From: a virus | Taxonomy: Duplodnaviria; Caudoviricetes | Length of the DNA: 37,486 bases | Virus record (IMG/VR): IMGVR_UViG_3300017909_000959 | Span: 1-37,486 of that record | Reading direction: 5' to 3' (one strand) | Part shown: piece by piece, positions 1 through 9,103 of the stretch | How positions within the stretch are numbered: the stretch's first letter is position 1 | Layout: every line of letters starts with the position of its first letter | Notes under the pieces: model-generated | Seen by the model: the letters and a program-made list of their open reading frames with translations, nothing else | Databases searched by the model: none | What the model was told of the DNA's origin: nothing | Program-made: the position numbers and the translations under genes

Positions 1-1419
1 TAAAGACCCCCCATAAGCAACCTCGATTGTAGGCAAAGCCCCTGCTTGGCGCATACGTGCCTCAAAGTCGCTTTGAGACGTAGGTTGATTTTTACGGCTA
101 GCAGAAAAAGGATTAGACTTTGATGAAGCTCCGTAGAAGTCCGCCATAGCTTTATCTGATGCTTCTTGTTGCTGTCTGATCGTGCTTCCACTGTACCCTG
201 AACTAGTTGTTCCTCTAGTTGAATTACCATCGTCCCTAACATTATTTGCTGGAGTAGACGGTTTTGGAGTGTTAGCTTTATATTTTTTTAAATCTTCTAA
301 AGAGGATATACCTAAAGAACTTCTATCTAATATCTTTCCTACTGTGTCTGAAGAAAATTGATTTGATGAGTCGTATTTTGCTCCCATACTTCGAATACTT
401 TTAGCGTACGCATCTAACTGCCCCTGAAACGATGTACGCATCATATCATCTACTCTTCGCGTACCCAACATACTACTTGCTCCAGATGTAAGGCTATCTC
501 TAAAGTTTTTAAGACCTAACTCTTCAAGTCTTTTAGCTGCTGCACCGCCAAGTGAGGCACTTTGTAATCGTCTGCCTGTAGCATCTACAAAAACTCCATT
601 TGCTTTCATATACACTGTTGTTTTACCCGAACCACTTATAACTCTAGGATCAACAATATCAATCGCTAGTACATCTCCAGTAAGACCCGCGCCAGCCTGT
701 TTTCTATCTTCTTTATCAGCTCTGTACTGTCCAGCACTGTAGGCTATTCCGACACCTTCACCTATATCTGTTCTTTTTTGAGCTGCTACAATACCATCTA
801 ATTGTCCTGCACTAAGTCCTCCGTGGTTTCCTGTGTAAGTACGCATACCTTTAAAACCAAACGTATTATCATTCCACGTAACAATGTTTCCGTTAACTTT
901 TATGTACTCTCCGGTAGCAGCAATGTTATTAGCGTGTACTCGCATAGATAAATCCCAAGCAGAACCTAGTATTCCATCAGGACGATACGAATTAAGACCT
1001 TTAATGCCTAATACGTCATTTTGCATTTTTCCCGTAAGCGTTTTTGCTAGAGCTGGCGCACCAAAAGAAAGAATAGGATCTATTGTTCCTGTTAATAACC
1101 CTTGAGCAGCAATACTACCCCCTGTCAAGTTTTTTTGAGTTATATATGAGGGAACTCGATCTTTCTTTAATGTTTTTATACCTTCTTCTGCACTAAAATC
1201 CTCAACAGTAAAAAATTCAACATCTCCAGTAAAATCAGATAAATCATCTCTGTCTTCTGTAACTTTGTCCTCAAATATAGGAACAGGCTGTGGGGCAGCA
1301 TCTATGGTTTCTTTTTCTTCTTTTTTAGGTTCGTCTGCTATGTACCCCATCATTGTATCAAAGTTTACATAGTAGGCAGAATCGTAATTATCACTAGTTA
1401 TAGGTACGAGTTTAGCCAT
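1..1419 (-). CDS. Virion-associated protein, 3'-truncated by the window edge (>473 aa)
   Basis: ATG at 1419 (MAKLVPITSDNYDSAYY...) overlaps the end of the upstream 74-aa ORF. The frame appears open to position 1 (...TIEVAYGGSL) and is absent from the ORF track, consistent with no stop in the window. Located downstream of portal. Confidence 0.7.
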   Translation of the reverse strand, partial: MAKLVPITSDNYDSAYYVNFDTMMGYIADEPKKEEKETIDAAPQPVPIFEDKVTEDRDDLSDFTGDVEFFTVEDFSAEEGIKTLKKDRVPSYITQKNLTGGSIAAQGLLTGTIDPILSFGAPALAKTLTGKMQNDVLGIKGLNSYRPDGILGSAWDLSMRVHANNIAATGEYIKVNGNIVTWNDNTFGFKGMRTYTGNHGGLSAGQLDGIVAAQKRTDIGEGVGIAYSAGQYRADKEDRKQAGAGLTGDVLAIDIVDPRVISGSGKTTVYMKANGVFVDATGRRLQSASLGGAAAKRLEELGLKNFRDSLTSGASSMLGTRRVDDMMRTSFQGQLDAYAKSIRSMGAKYDSSNQFSSDTVGKILDRSSLGISSLEDLKKYKANTPKPSTPANNVRDDGNSTRGTTSSGYSGSTIRQQQEASDKAMADFYGASSKSNPFSASRKNQPTSQSDFEARMRQAGALPTIEVAYGGSL

Positions 1420-1636
1420 TATTTTTTACCACCGCTTCATAATTATTCTTCAACTTGAGAAGTGTTTCCAGTAAACCCAGCTTCCCCTGCGCCCGGAGCA
1501 ACTCCGACTCCGATTGTGCCGTTACCACGGCCTGAATCGTCAGTTCCCTGAGATCCGTTAGGTACTCCTCCAGACTGTTCCATTCCGGGTTGTTGATTAG
1601 GGGAGCTAGCATCCGCGCTTGCTTGTTGTTGAGCAT
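1412..1636 (-). CDS. Small post-portal head protein (74 aa), overlapping the portal 3' end
   Basis: Helical protein with LRAQGK motif, AAGGA upstream, stop coupled to the next start; resembles small genes following portal in podoviruses. Confidence 0.65.
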   Translation of the reverse strand: MLNNKQARMLAPLINNPEWNSLEEYLTDLRELTIQAVVTAQSESELLRAQGKLGLLETLLKLKNNYEAVVKNNG

Positions 1637-3542
1637 CTTGCATTAATCCTTGTAACATTTTTGCGTAAACTTGTGCTTCGTTTACATCGTTTACTAAACT
1701 ATCGGGATCGATATCTTGAGATATTGCTAACTCTCTCATCAGATTTGGTAACTTAATAAACGGAGCAAGCATAGGATTAGCAACTGTTTGTAAGAGAGAA
1801 GTAAGACGTTGAGTACGTACTTCTTTTTGCATAACTGCTGCTACACCACGAGGTTTTATTTCTAAATCCCCTTCGACATCTTCTACGTTCTTGTTAAACT
1901 GCATATTCCATTGGAAGTAGGCTTCTCCAAGAGGTTTTAACAGGTGATCATCAATGTTCTTTATTATTGTTTTCATCGACAATCCAGCCGAACCCATCAA
2001 CATTGACAGTCCTGCAGCCGTACGTCCTGTTCCTGTAACCCCTGTTTGTCCGTGCATAATTGAAGGAATGCCTGTCTCTTCGTCAGCCAACTGTCTAGAT
2101 ATTTGATACATCTGTATATTTTCCGGTGCGGTGTTGGGAAACTTTAGTCCGTTGATAGCTGTGCCAGTGACACCTGACTGTCTACGAAATATTTTACCCG
2201 GAAAGATATCCATGTTTTGACCCGGAACAAGACTAGCTTCGTCCACGTCGAATACTAAGTTACCTGCAAGAGCTAGGTTATCAATAGCCATTCGCATGTG
2301 ACCATTCATAAGCATTTGAGCATCTTCCATATTTTCTGCTACGCCAACACCCCAAAGTTGATAGGGGTTTATTTCAAAAGGAAAAGCTTGATAGGGAATA
2401 CGAGCAGGAGTAAACGGATTAAGAACACATCGAAGAACAAACGTACCGCATACCCACGCGTTTATCTGTACTTGATCAAACTCCGACATGCTGTCAGGAA
2501 TGTCCATGCCCACTTCACGAGCAAACTTTGCATCAAGAACACCCCAATACTCTAAAACTTCAAACCTAGTATCTTGATAGTATGCTTCTGTTTCATCTTC
2601 GCGTATTGTATCTTCGTAATACTTATCTTCGTAATTTGGGCCATTTGAGATAGCTTCTTCAATAGCAAACGAATCAAAGTGAGGACGTTTTATTAAAGAA
2701 CGTAATTGTTGCCTGTTCATTCTATGACGTTCTATTACGTACTCTGCATCTTCAACACTTGTCGCGGAAGGATCAGGGTGAAAATCCCAAACAGAAACGG
2801 GTTCTATACGAGGCACTATTTTTTCGTACGGTTCGTAGTTTCGTATTCCTGACTCATCTTTCTTCCAGTTGTGTACCCGTTTATAAAAGTTAAACGGGCC
2901 TTTAATTACCCCTGTTCCAAGTAATGCAGACTCGAATATAGCTTTACGAAAGACGTTTACAGCATTTGTATCAAGCAGTTGATCGTGTATGCACTTTTCC
3001 ATACGACGAGCTTGTTCTTTTGCAGGTTCAAACTGTGGTTCTCCTGCTTTAGCCTTTCCTGCTGCAATTGTATCTCCAAACATTTCTCCGTAAACTCCCA
3101 AGTTCTCTGCTTGGGTAGCTCCCGGATTTAGTTTTCTTCCATCCCCCGGAAATCCATACGGATCTTGTATGTCATCTAAAGGTGTTTTCATATGAGCAAA
3201 TTCCACAATACCTTCCGGCATTGGAGTAGACTCTACAACCAATGGAAACTTCTTGTTTGCAAATAAAATGTCTACTATCTGACCATATGCAGCCAAAACT
3301 TTTGTTTTAGTAATCTTTAAAAATACTTTAGATTTTTCTGAATCACGAAACTGTGTAGTAGAATCGTACACCCCACGAAAGTTTTTGTACGCTTTTAACC
3401 AGCGTTGTTCGTAGGAGTATCTCCCGTTTTCTGCATCTTGAAAACGTGCTTTAATATACCCTGCAAGTCCGGGCATAGTTTCGCTAGGAGATACTACGTC
3501 TACAGCTTCATCCTCATCTGGCTGCAAAAAGTTATCAGACAT
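1443..3542 (-). CDS. Portal (head-tail connector) protein, P22-like
   Basis: 699 aa downstream of terL; portal-type segments (ESALLGTGVIKG, WDFHPDPSA, WGVGVAE, IDNLALAGN, ADEETGIP, RTAAGLSML); Q/G-rich C-terminus. Confidence 0.9.
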   Translation of the reverse strand: MSDNFLQPDEDEAVDVVSPSETMPGLAGYIKARFQDAENGRYSYEQRWLKAYKNFRGVYDSTTQFRDSEKSKVFLKITKTKVLAAYGQIVDILFANKKFPLVVESTPMPEGIVEFAHMKTPLDDIQDPYGFPGDGRKLNPGATQAENLGVYGEMFGDTIAAGKAKAGEPQFEPAKEQARRMEKCIHDQLLDTNAVNVFRKAIFESALLGTGVIKGPFNFYKRVHNWKKDESGIRNYEPYEKIVPRIEPVSVWDFHPDPSATSVEDAEYVIERHRMNRQQLRSLIKRPHFDSFAIEEAISNGPNYEDKYYEDTIREDETEAYYQDTRFEVLEYWGVLDAKFAREVGMDIPDSMSEFDQVQINAWVCGTFVLRCVLNPFTPARIPYQAFPFEINPYQLWGVGVAENMEDAQMLMNGHMRMAIDNLALAGNLVFDVDEASLVPGQNMDIFPGKIFRRQSGVTGTAINGLKFPNTAPENIQMYQISRQLADEETGIPSIMHGQTGVTGTGRTAAGLSMLMGSAGLSMKTIIKNIDDHLLKPLGEAYFQWNMQFNKNVEDVEGDLEIKPRGVAAVMQKEVRTQRLTSLLQTVANPMLAPFIKLPNLMRELAISQDIDPDSLVNDVNEAQVYAKMLQGLMQDAQQQASADASSPNQQPGMEQSGGVPNGSQGTDDSGRGNGTIGVGVAPGAGEAGFTGNTSQVEE

Positions 3543-3544
3543 TT

Positions 3545-3763
3545 TTAGTAATCGCGCTCTTCTGCCATGTTCATTACAGATGCGTCAACTGTTGTTTTAG
3601 TTTGCTTTTTAGGCATATCTTCAGTTAACGTACCTTGTTCTGTTTTAGTATCAAACTCTAAATTCTCACGAGTTAGTTGAGCTTCGCCCATGTTAGCATC
3701 TACTGAAGTTTTATCAGACCCCAATATATAGGATGCACCATAGTTATAGTTATTGCCCGGCAT
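3545..3763 (-). CDS. Small hypothetical late protein (72 aa)
   Basis: AAGGAG RBS; tightly packed between the 617-aa gene and portal. Confidence 0.7.
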   Translation of the reverse strand: MPGNNYNYGASYILGSDKTSVDANMGEAQLTRENLEFDTKTEQGTLTEDMPKKQTKTTVDASVMNMAEERDY

Positions 3764-5603
3764 TTTTTTCTCCTTCTAATTGATTTTTTTGCCTAGTCAT
3801 AAACCCAGCAGAAAGTAAATTGTCTCTTCCTAGCTGGTCTCTTTTTTCTTTCATCGATGGAATTTCTTCCTGAAGTGTGTACGTTTGTGTCATTAGTTGT
3901 TGTTGCGTTGCAGGAGCATCGGGTTGATCAGATCCAGCCCCTGCTTGTTTAGAACCTAACAGTATTCCGGGAACAGCCGCAGCAGGGCCAGCTCCAAGAC
4001 CAATACCTCTAGCTCCTATCTCTAGCCCAGTTTCAAGCGCGGCTTGAGCTGGATCAGATACTATAGAGCCAACTGCAATTCCCCCTACTCCTAATTTAAA
4101 GAAATCAGCTAACCCAAGTTTACGTAGCTTATCTTTTAAACTATCGCCAAACTCTTCGTCAGGCGGATTTATTTTATCAGGTTCTTGTGCTTCTAGATCT
4201 GTCAATGGTGTTACTGTATCGTTTTGTGCTTTTCGTTCTGCTCTTTTTCGTGCAGCCTCAGTTCGTAGTTCACTAACCTCTTGTTCTTTTTTTATGTTAG
4301 CTATCTGCGCGTCAAGCCCTTTTCCCTTTGCTACTTCATTTATTTCAAGTAACTCTCCTTCAGTAAGAGTTCTTCCTTGATTTGATGGAGCAGATAAATT
4401 ACCAGCCGTTTCAAACGTAATCATTTGTTCTGGTGTAGGATAATTTAAGGTATTTGCAAAACCCGTGTTTCTATTTACAAACAAAGTGTTTACACTTGCT
4501 GCTCCTACGTTCCGTGCGTCGTTTCGTATAAGAACATTTGTCATTTCTCCTACACGCTTATCGGGAACTTGACCTGTATAACTGTCTTCTGTTATGTCTC
4601 CTGCTGCGTTTACTCCCGCCCCAGCGTGACCCATCCAAGCTTTAAGCGCATCTGAGGGAAACTCAAACTCTTGTTTTAGCTGTCTAGCTAATATTTTACG
4701 TATTGTAGAGTGACTTCCCTGCTTACTTTTAGGAAGCTGTTCTGAAAATCTCTCTTCTAAAGTAGGACGTATAGTAGCATCCCACAAAGATGTAACTGCT
4801 TTATCACTTGTTTGAAAAAGATTAACTTTGTTTAAGTCTGCATCTGGAGATAAATTTGCTTTTGCTCTGTCTACTTTATCTTTTAAAAACTCCGCAAATT
4901 CACCACTATAAACGACCTCTGGTCGTGTTTTTTGTCCAGACGTTTTACCGCGTACTTCCACCATTTGCTGACCGTTTTTACCCTCGTAAAAATTGAAATC
5001 AGCTATCTTTAAACCGTCAGGGCCAATATTAGATTTTGCTCTTTGTCCTGTATACTTTTCATATATAAGATAGTCCCTAGCCTCAGGGTCAATAATTACA
5101 ATCTTATCTTTACCCGTTTTTGTATCAGAAACAACATAAGACGGATTAGCAAGTGCCTCTTGATATATCTGATCCATTTGAGCAGAAGGAACAAGACCTC
5201 TCATAGGATCTTTAGCTCTTGCCTGTACCCCAGCTAATCCAAAAGTAGCTTGTGCAACTCCACCTTTTCCAGTTAGCTTTTCGTACGGTTCATTTCTCTT
5301 TGATCCTGATACTAGACCACTAAACTGAGTTTCAAAAGCTTGATAGGATTGCCATCTTCGAGTGCCTGTCTTGTTAGTTGTTTCATCTAACGCTTCGTTG
5401 TACTCTTTAGTTTTATACGTATCAAAATAATTACTATTTAGGTCAATGCCTTCTTCAACAATCGCATTTTTTAATGCAGTTATGTTTGTTCTATTACTGT
5501 CTGTAAGTTTTTTAGCTAAAACAGCATCAAACGCTTCACCGACAGTTATTGAGCCATCGCGTATCTTAACATTATAATCTATTGTGGGAGTTTCTTCTGC
5601 CAT
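3750..5603 (-). CDS. Tyrosine recombinase-family protein with a long C-terminal extension (617 aa)
   Basis: Ordered motifs RDYLIYEKYTGQR (R188), LKIADF, VRGKTSGQKTR (K220/K225), NLF, HSTIRKILARQL (H298, R302), KAWMGH (H326), ITEDSY (Y342) match the R-K-H-R-H-Y catalytic set. Confidence 0.75.
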   Translation of the reverse strand: MAEETPTIDYNVKIRDGSITVGEAFDAVLAKKLTDSNRTNITALKNAIVEEGIDLNSNYFDTYKTKEYNEALDETTNKTGTRRWQSYQAFETQFSGLVSGSKRNEPYEKLTGKGGVAQATFGLAGVQARAKDPMRGLVPSAQMDQIYQEALANPSYVVSDTKTGKDKIVIIDPEARDYLIYEKYTGQRAKSNIGPDGLKIADFNFYEGKNGQQMVEVRGKTSGQKTRPEVVYSGEFAEFLKDKVDRAKANLSPDADLNKVNLFQTSDKAVTSLWDATIRPTLEERFSEQLPKSKQGSHSTIRKILARQLKQEFEFPSDALKAWMGHAGAGVNAAGDITEDSYTGQVPDKRVGEMTNVLIRNDARNVGAASVNTLFVNRNTGFANTLNYPTPEQMITFETAGNLSAPSNQGRTLTEGELLEINEVAKGKGLDAQIANIKKEQEVSELRTEAARKRAERKAQNDTVTPLTDLEAQEPDKINPPDEEFGDSLKDKLRKLGLADFFKLGVGGIAVGSIVSDPAQAALETGLEIGARGIGLGAGPAAAVPGILLGSKQAGAGSDQPDAPATQQQLMTQTYTLQEEIPSMKEKRDQLGRDNLLSAGFMTRQKNQLEGEKNAGQ

Positions 5604-7313
5604 CTAGTATCCGAATACTTCATCTTGTACCATGTGTACGTGACTTTTAATGCTGTTAAGCTGTTGGTTTACAGAAACGTACCCGCTTGTACGCGTCATA
5701 ACCATGTATCGTAGTGCGTCGTACGCGTGATCTTCAGCTTTTGTATCTACGTCTTCGCTGTTTGTTTTAGAAAGAGGAATACCTGTCAGTTGTTTAATTA
5801 TATTCTGACAGGTTGAAAATATGCGTAGTCTAGGTTCATTTGAGTAAGGGTCTACTGCTAACCGTCTGTGTACTTCCATTTTTCCTTGAAGACGGTTGCG
5901 ATCTGATGGTGTCCATCGTACACCCCCACGCATCATTGTTTCTGCTATGGATGGCCCAAACCCTGTTTTGTTCCAACACGACGAGTCTAACACTGTATAG
6001 TAAGGAGTTGGGTCAAGTTGTTCTACTTCTAGTATTTTATCGGCAAGCTCTTCGGCTGTCAAGTGTTTTACGTACAGTTCACGATAAACCCAGATATTAC
6101 CGTCCCAATCAATAGCACCCCAAAGAACACAAGAAGGGGACGCATAACCGTAATCTGCTGCTCGTATGCGAGGCCAGTTAGTGGGTAGATCATAGGGTTC
6201 GACAACATGCTTCCCTCTTGCAAACTCTGGAAACGCAGCACCCTCTGCAACATCCCAATCTCCCTCTAATAATCTCTTTCTTTCGACCTCTGGTAACGAA
6301 AGCAACATAGCCTCGTACTGACCGTCTGCCATCAGAAACGGATTGTCTGTCAGTCTTGCAGGTACAAATCTTCTGTAAAATAGTGGCTCTCCTGATTTTT
6401 CATGGTTAGTTGGGTAGGTAAAAGGTTTTTGCGTTTCTAAATCAAACGCTGCAAAAGGTTTATTTGGCTCGACTCCGTCTATGTACATTTTCTTGACCCA
6501 CCAACCTCCTACACCGCCCGGATTGGCTGTGCAGCGCATATACAGGTGCTGCTGCAACTCTGGATCTGTACTACGGAGTCGAGAACGCAAATAGTCCCAA
6601 ACGTACGGAGTGGGATACTGCGTTATCTCGTCTATGCCTATCCAGTTAAACGCTTGACCTTGAAAACGTGTTACGTCTTTGTCTTTGTCTAGGTACGTGA
6701 ACCAGATAGTAGCCCCGGATGGAAAGTGCCAAGTTGATTTAGACTCACGAAACTTTGCACCGGGAAAAGCTTTTGTATAAAGTTGTCTGGACTTGTCTAT
6801 AAGTTCGGTTAGTTCGTCTAATGTGCGACGAAGGAGAAGCCCACGATGATTAGGATTGTGGCAATACCTAAGAGGATCAGCCAGTAGCGCGAAGCTTTTG
6901 CCACCACCTGCTGCCCCACCGTAAAGAACATCTCTTTCAGAAGAAGATAAAAATTCTTCTTGTGGGCCTTCGTTTGGCTTAAATACGACTTCGTACTCGT
7001 CCACCAAATCTTGTACCCCAGAGCGTAATCCAGCCAAATCTCCTTGATCGATGACGCGACTTGACGTACCTTGAAGTCCGGTTTCAACTTTTCCAATCTT
7101 TTCTTCAAGCTTTCTAGCATATCTTCGTTTGTCTTCTGCAGCTTTGGTTGTTTTGGCTGCTCGTTTCTTTGCAGCGTTCAGTTGTTTTTGAGCTGCACGT
7201 CTAGCTCTTTCTTTTCGAGATAGATTGTACACAGCTTTCGGAGCGTTGGGGTCTTTTTTGGGTCTGCCCCGTGGTTTCTTTTCTTCTGGCATCTCTTTAG
7301 GCCATTCAGCCAT
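5604..7313 (-). CDS. terL: Terminase large subunit
   Basis: Walker A GGAAGGGKS, Walker B IGIDE, TANPGG coupling motif, nuclease motifs ADYGY and DHAYDALRY. Confidence 0.95.
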   Translation of the reverse strand: MAEWPKEMPEEKKPRGRPKKDPNAPKAVYNLSRKERARRAAQKQLNAAKKRAAKTTKAAEDKRRYARKLEEKIGKVETGLQGTSSRVIDQGDLAGLRSGVQDLVDEYEVVFKPNEGPQEEFLSSSERDVLYGGAAGGGKSFALLADPLRYCHNPNHRGLLLRRTLDELTELIDKSRQLYTKAFPGAKFRESKSTWHFPSGATIWFTYLDKDKDVTRFQGQAFNWIGIDEITQYPTPYVWDYLRSRLRSTDPELQQHLYMRCTANPGGVGGWWVKKMYIDGVEPNKPFAAFDLETQKPFTYPTNHEKSGEPLFYRRFVPARLTDNPFLMADGQYEAMLLSLPEVERKRLLEGDWDVAEGAAFPEFARGKHVVEPYDLPTNWPRIRAADYGYASPSCVLWGAIDWDGNIWVYRELYVKHLTAEELADKILEVEQLDPTPYYTVLDSSCWNKTGFGPSIAETMMRGGVRWTPSDRNRLQGKMEVHRRLAVDPYSNEPRLRIFSTCQNIIKQLTGIPLSKTNSEDVDTKAEDHAYDALRYMVMTRTSGYVSVNQQLNSIKSHVHMVQDEVFGY

Positions 7314-7749
7314 TCTTTTCCGACGAACGTGATGCGGGTCTGCCTCTATGACTTACTAAACCACCTTTTCTAAAACCTTGCGGGTTTTTTCGTCTTTGTT
7401 CCATGACAGATGTTGCGCGACCAGCACTATCTTTTTTCACAGTATTTACATCGTCACTTTTCTTTGTTGCTACTCCTAGTAAAGAAAGTATTTCTTTTTT
7501 TATGGTTTTATCAGAATAGTCTTTTTCTTTGTAAAGTCTGTCCTTTGTCGGGTCTTGTTTTTCTAAATCTCTATATAATTCTTGCAAAGATTTCATCACT
7601 GCAATATCTAATTGGTCTTTTTTGTTTAGTCTATCAAACAAAGGAGTTATTTCTCTTACGGCAGGGCCATATTTTCTAATAATCCCTGTTCTAGATTTTA
7701 ATTGTTTTACTTTACTTGTGCTAGGTGCTTTTCTATCCATACTAACCAT
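7306..7749 (-). CDS. Basic hypothetical protein (147 aa)
   Basis: Overlaps the terS stop and terL start; Lys-rich; C-terminal FRKGGLV. Confidence 0.7.
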   Translation of the reverse strand: MVSMDRKAPSTSKVKQLKSRTGIIRKYGPAVREITPLFDRLNKKDQLDIAVMKSLQELYRDLEKQDPTKDRLYKEKDYSDKTIKKEILSLLGVATKKSDDVNTVKKDSAGRATSVMEQRRKNPQGFRKGGLVSHRGRPASRSSEKNG

Positions 7750-8143
7750 CTATTACCACTTCTTTCTTTGGTGGTAGCAGGACTACCCCGTGTATTGCTT
7801 GGACGTTGTGGTTAATTTGCTCTTGTTTTGCTACGCCAACCCTGTTTAACAGCGATTCTGCGGCTCGTAGACGCAAATCATCCCCTCTTTCGGGGGTAAG
7901 GTTATCAATCGTACTAACTAGCCTGTTAGCGGCTCTAAACGCGTTTAAAGATAGTACGTCTTTTGTACGTTCGATAATTTCATCTGCCAACGTACGCTTC
8001 AACCAAGCTACACTTCCCTGCGAGTACCCGGCATCTAGGGCTGCTTGGGTGGGGTTTCCACCGTTTTCAAACAGATTTGTAAGAAATAGCTGCTGTTGTT
8101 CAGTCAACTCGCGTTCTTTTCGCTGTTGAGGAAGTAAATTCAT
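7742..8143 (-). CDS. terS: Terminase small subunit
   Basis: LTEQQQLFL...GNPTQAALDAGYS HTH signature and RLRAAESLLNRVG; first gene of the late operon. Confidence 0.85.
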   Translation of the reverse strand: MNLLPQQRKERELTEQQQLFLTNLFENGGNPTQAALDAGYSQGSVAWLKRTLADEIIERTKDVLSLNAFRAANRLVSTIDNLTPERGDDLRLRAAESLLNRVGVAKQEQINHNVQAIHGVVLLPPKKEVVIDG

Positions 8144-8260
8144 CGTACTTTTCTTTGTTTTTAGAGAATTTGGTGAAAATTTAGCCGCGTACTTAGCGTT
8201 TCGTACAAAAAATGTTAAATGTAAGTGACTAAATGTGCAAATTTTCGTACCAATACCTAT

Positions 8261-8289
8261 ATAATATAGGCAAAACTCCTAGATGTCAA
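8261..8289 (-). promoter_or_regulatory. Sigma70 promoter for the terS/late operon
   Basis: TTGACA (8289-8284), 17-nt spacer, TATTAT (8266-8261). Confidence 0.7.
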
Positions 8290-8299
8290 GAAAAAAGGC

Positions 8300-8328
8300 T
8301 TGACACAATACAAATGTACCGGTATACT
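8300..8328 (+). promoter_or_regulatory. Near-consensus sigma70 promoter with no convincing downstream ORF
   Basis: TTGACA (8300-8305), 17-nt spacer, TATACT (8323-8328); back-to-back with the late promoter. Confidence 0.7.
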
Positions 8329-8334
8329 AACGGT

Positions 8335-8444
8335 ATACCCGTTGGGATATATAATAATATCACCCCGTCACCCCGTCTACCTAACAAGTACGCGGGGTTT
8401 TTCTTTGGGACAACCCTACAAGTACGCGGGAAATCCCCTTTTTC
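8335..8444 (+). ncRNA. Candidate small RNA or primer RNA
   Basis: Downstream of the 8300 promoter; hairpin CCCCG...CGGGG followed by TTTTTCTTT; second GGG/CCC hairpins followed by TTTTT; ACAAGTACGCGGG occurs twice. Confidence 0.35.
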
Positions 8445-8806
8445 ATACAAAAAATAAAAATTACACTAAAATATGGCGAGATTGCTAGACAATGTACCCG
8501 TACCCCCCAGTGGCCCATGCGTACGCCCGACGTAAAACATAAATAAATATCATTGATATTTACCAAGGCTGTGATATCGCGGAAATAACCGTTGATTAAA
8601 CCCACACTTTAAACCCCTGAAGCATTCGCGCCCGTGCGCTCGCGTGTTTCGCATTTTGTCATTTGTCATTATCCCCACTGGTTACTTATACCATAAACCC
8701 CGAAAGGGATTGACACGGCCTTAAAAATGCGAGCATCACCCGAACAACGCACCACCGGATAAACCCAACAATTACAAACTGCTGACTATTATTCTAGTTC
8801 GAATAC

Positions 8807-8838
8807 AAAAAAACCCCCGAACGACTAGCGAACGGGGG
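8807..8838 (-). terminator. Rho-independent terminator of the early operon
   Basis: CCCCCG...CGGGGG stem followed by T7 on the minus strand, about 30 nt after the stop at 8867. Confidence 0.8.
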
Positions 8839-8866
8839 CAAGTTTGGGAGGAAATATATTTTTGTT

Positions 8867-9091
8867 TTACATATCGTTGCGGATATCTACTTCAAAGTCT
8901 GCTACGGTGTACGCGTCCTTATTATCGGTATAAGAATAAGGATCAAGGCCGGCATTCTTACAAATGTCTTTTAAATTTTGTGACATTGAAGCAATCTGAC
9001 CAACCATAAAAAGGATTTGTATCTGCTCTTCTTTCGTAAGAATGATATTCTTTTTGTTGGCGAGATCTTTTATAGTTTGCTGTTTTAACAT
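8867..9091 (-). CDS. Hypothetical early protein (74 aa)
   Basis: AGGAG RBS; last gene before the terminator. Confidence 0.7.
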   Translation of the reverse strand: MLKQQTIKDLANKKNIILTKEEQIQILFMVGQIASMSQNLKDICKNAGLDPYSYTDNKDAYTVADFEVDIRNDM

Positions 9092-9103
9092 AGTAGTATA
9101 CTC

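Noticed and set aside
8360-8430. Possible mini-CRISPR array from the ACAAGTACGCGGG repeats
   Set aside because: Only two 13-bp copies; too short and too few. The Cas4-like gene fits an ordinary phage replication exonuclease
8233-8605. Three short ORFs (62-74 aa) in the intergenic region
   Set aside because: No clear RBS; they run across promoters and hairpins; compositions not protein-like
8710-8740. TTGACA at 8710 on the plus strand
   Set aside because: No recognisable -10 at the proper spacing
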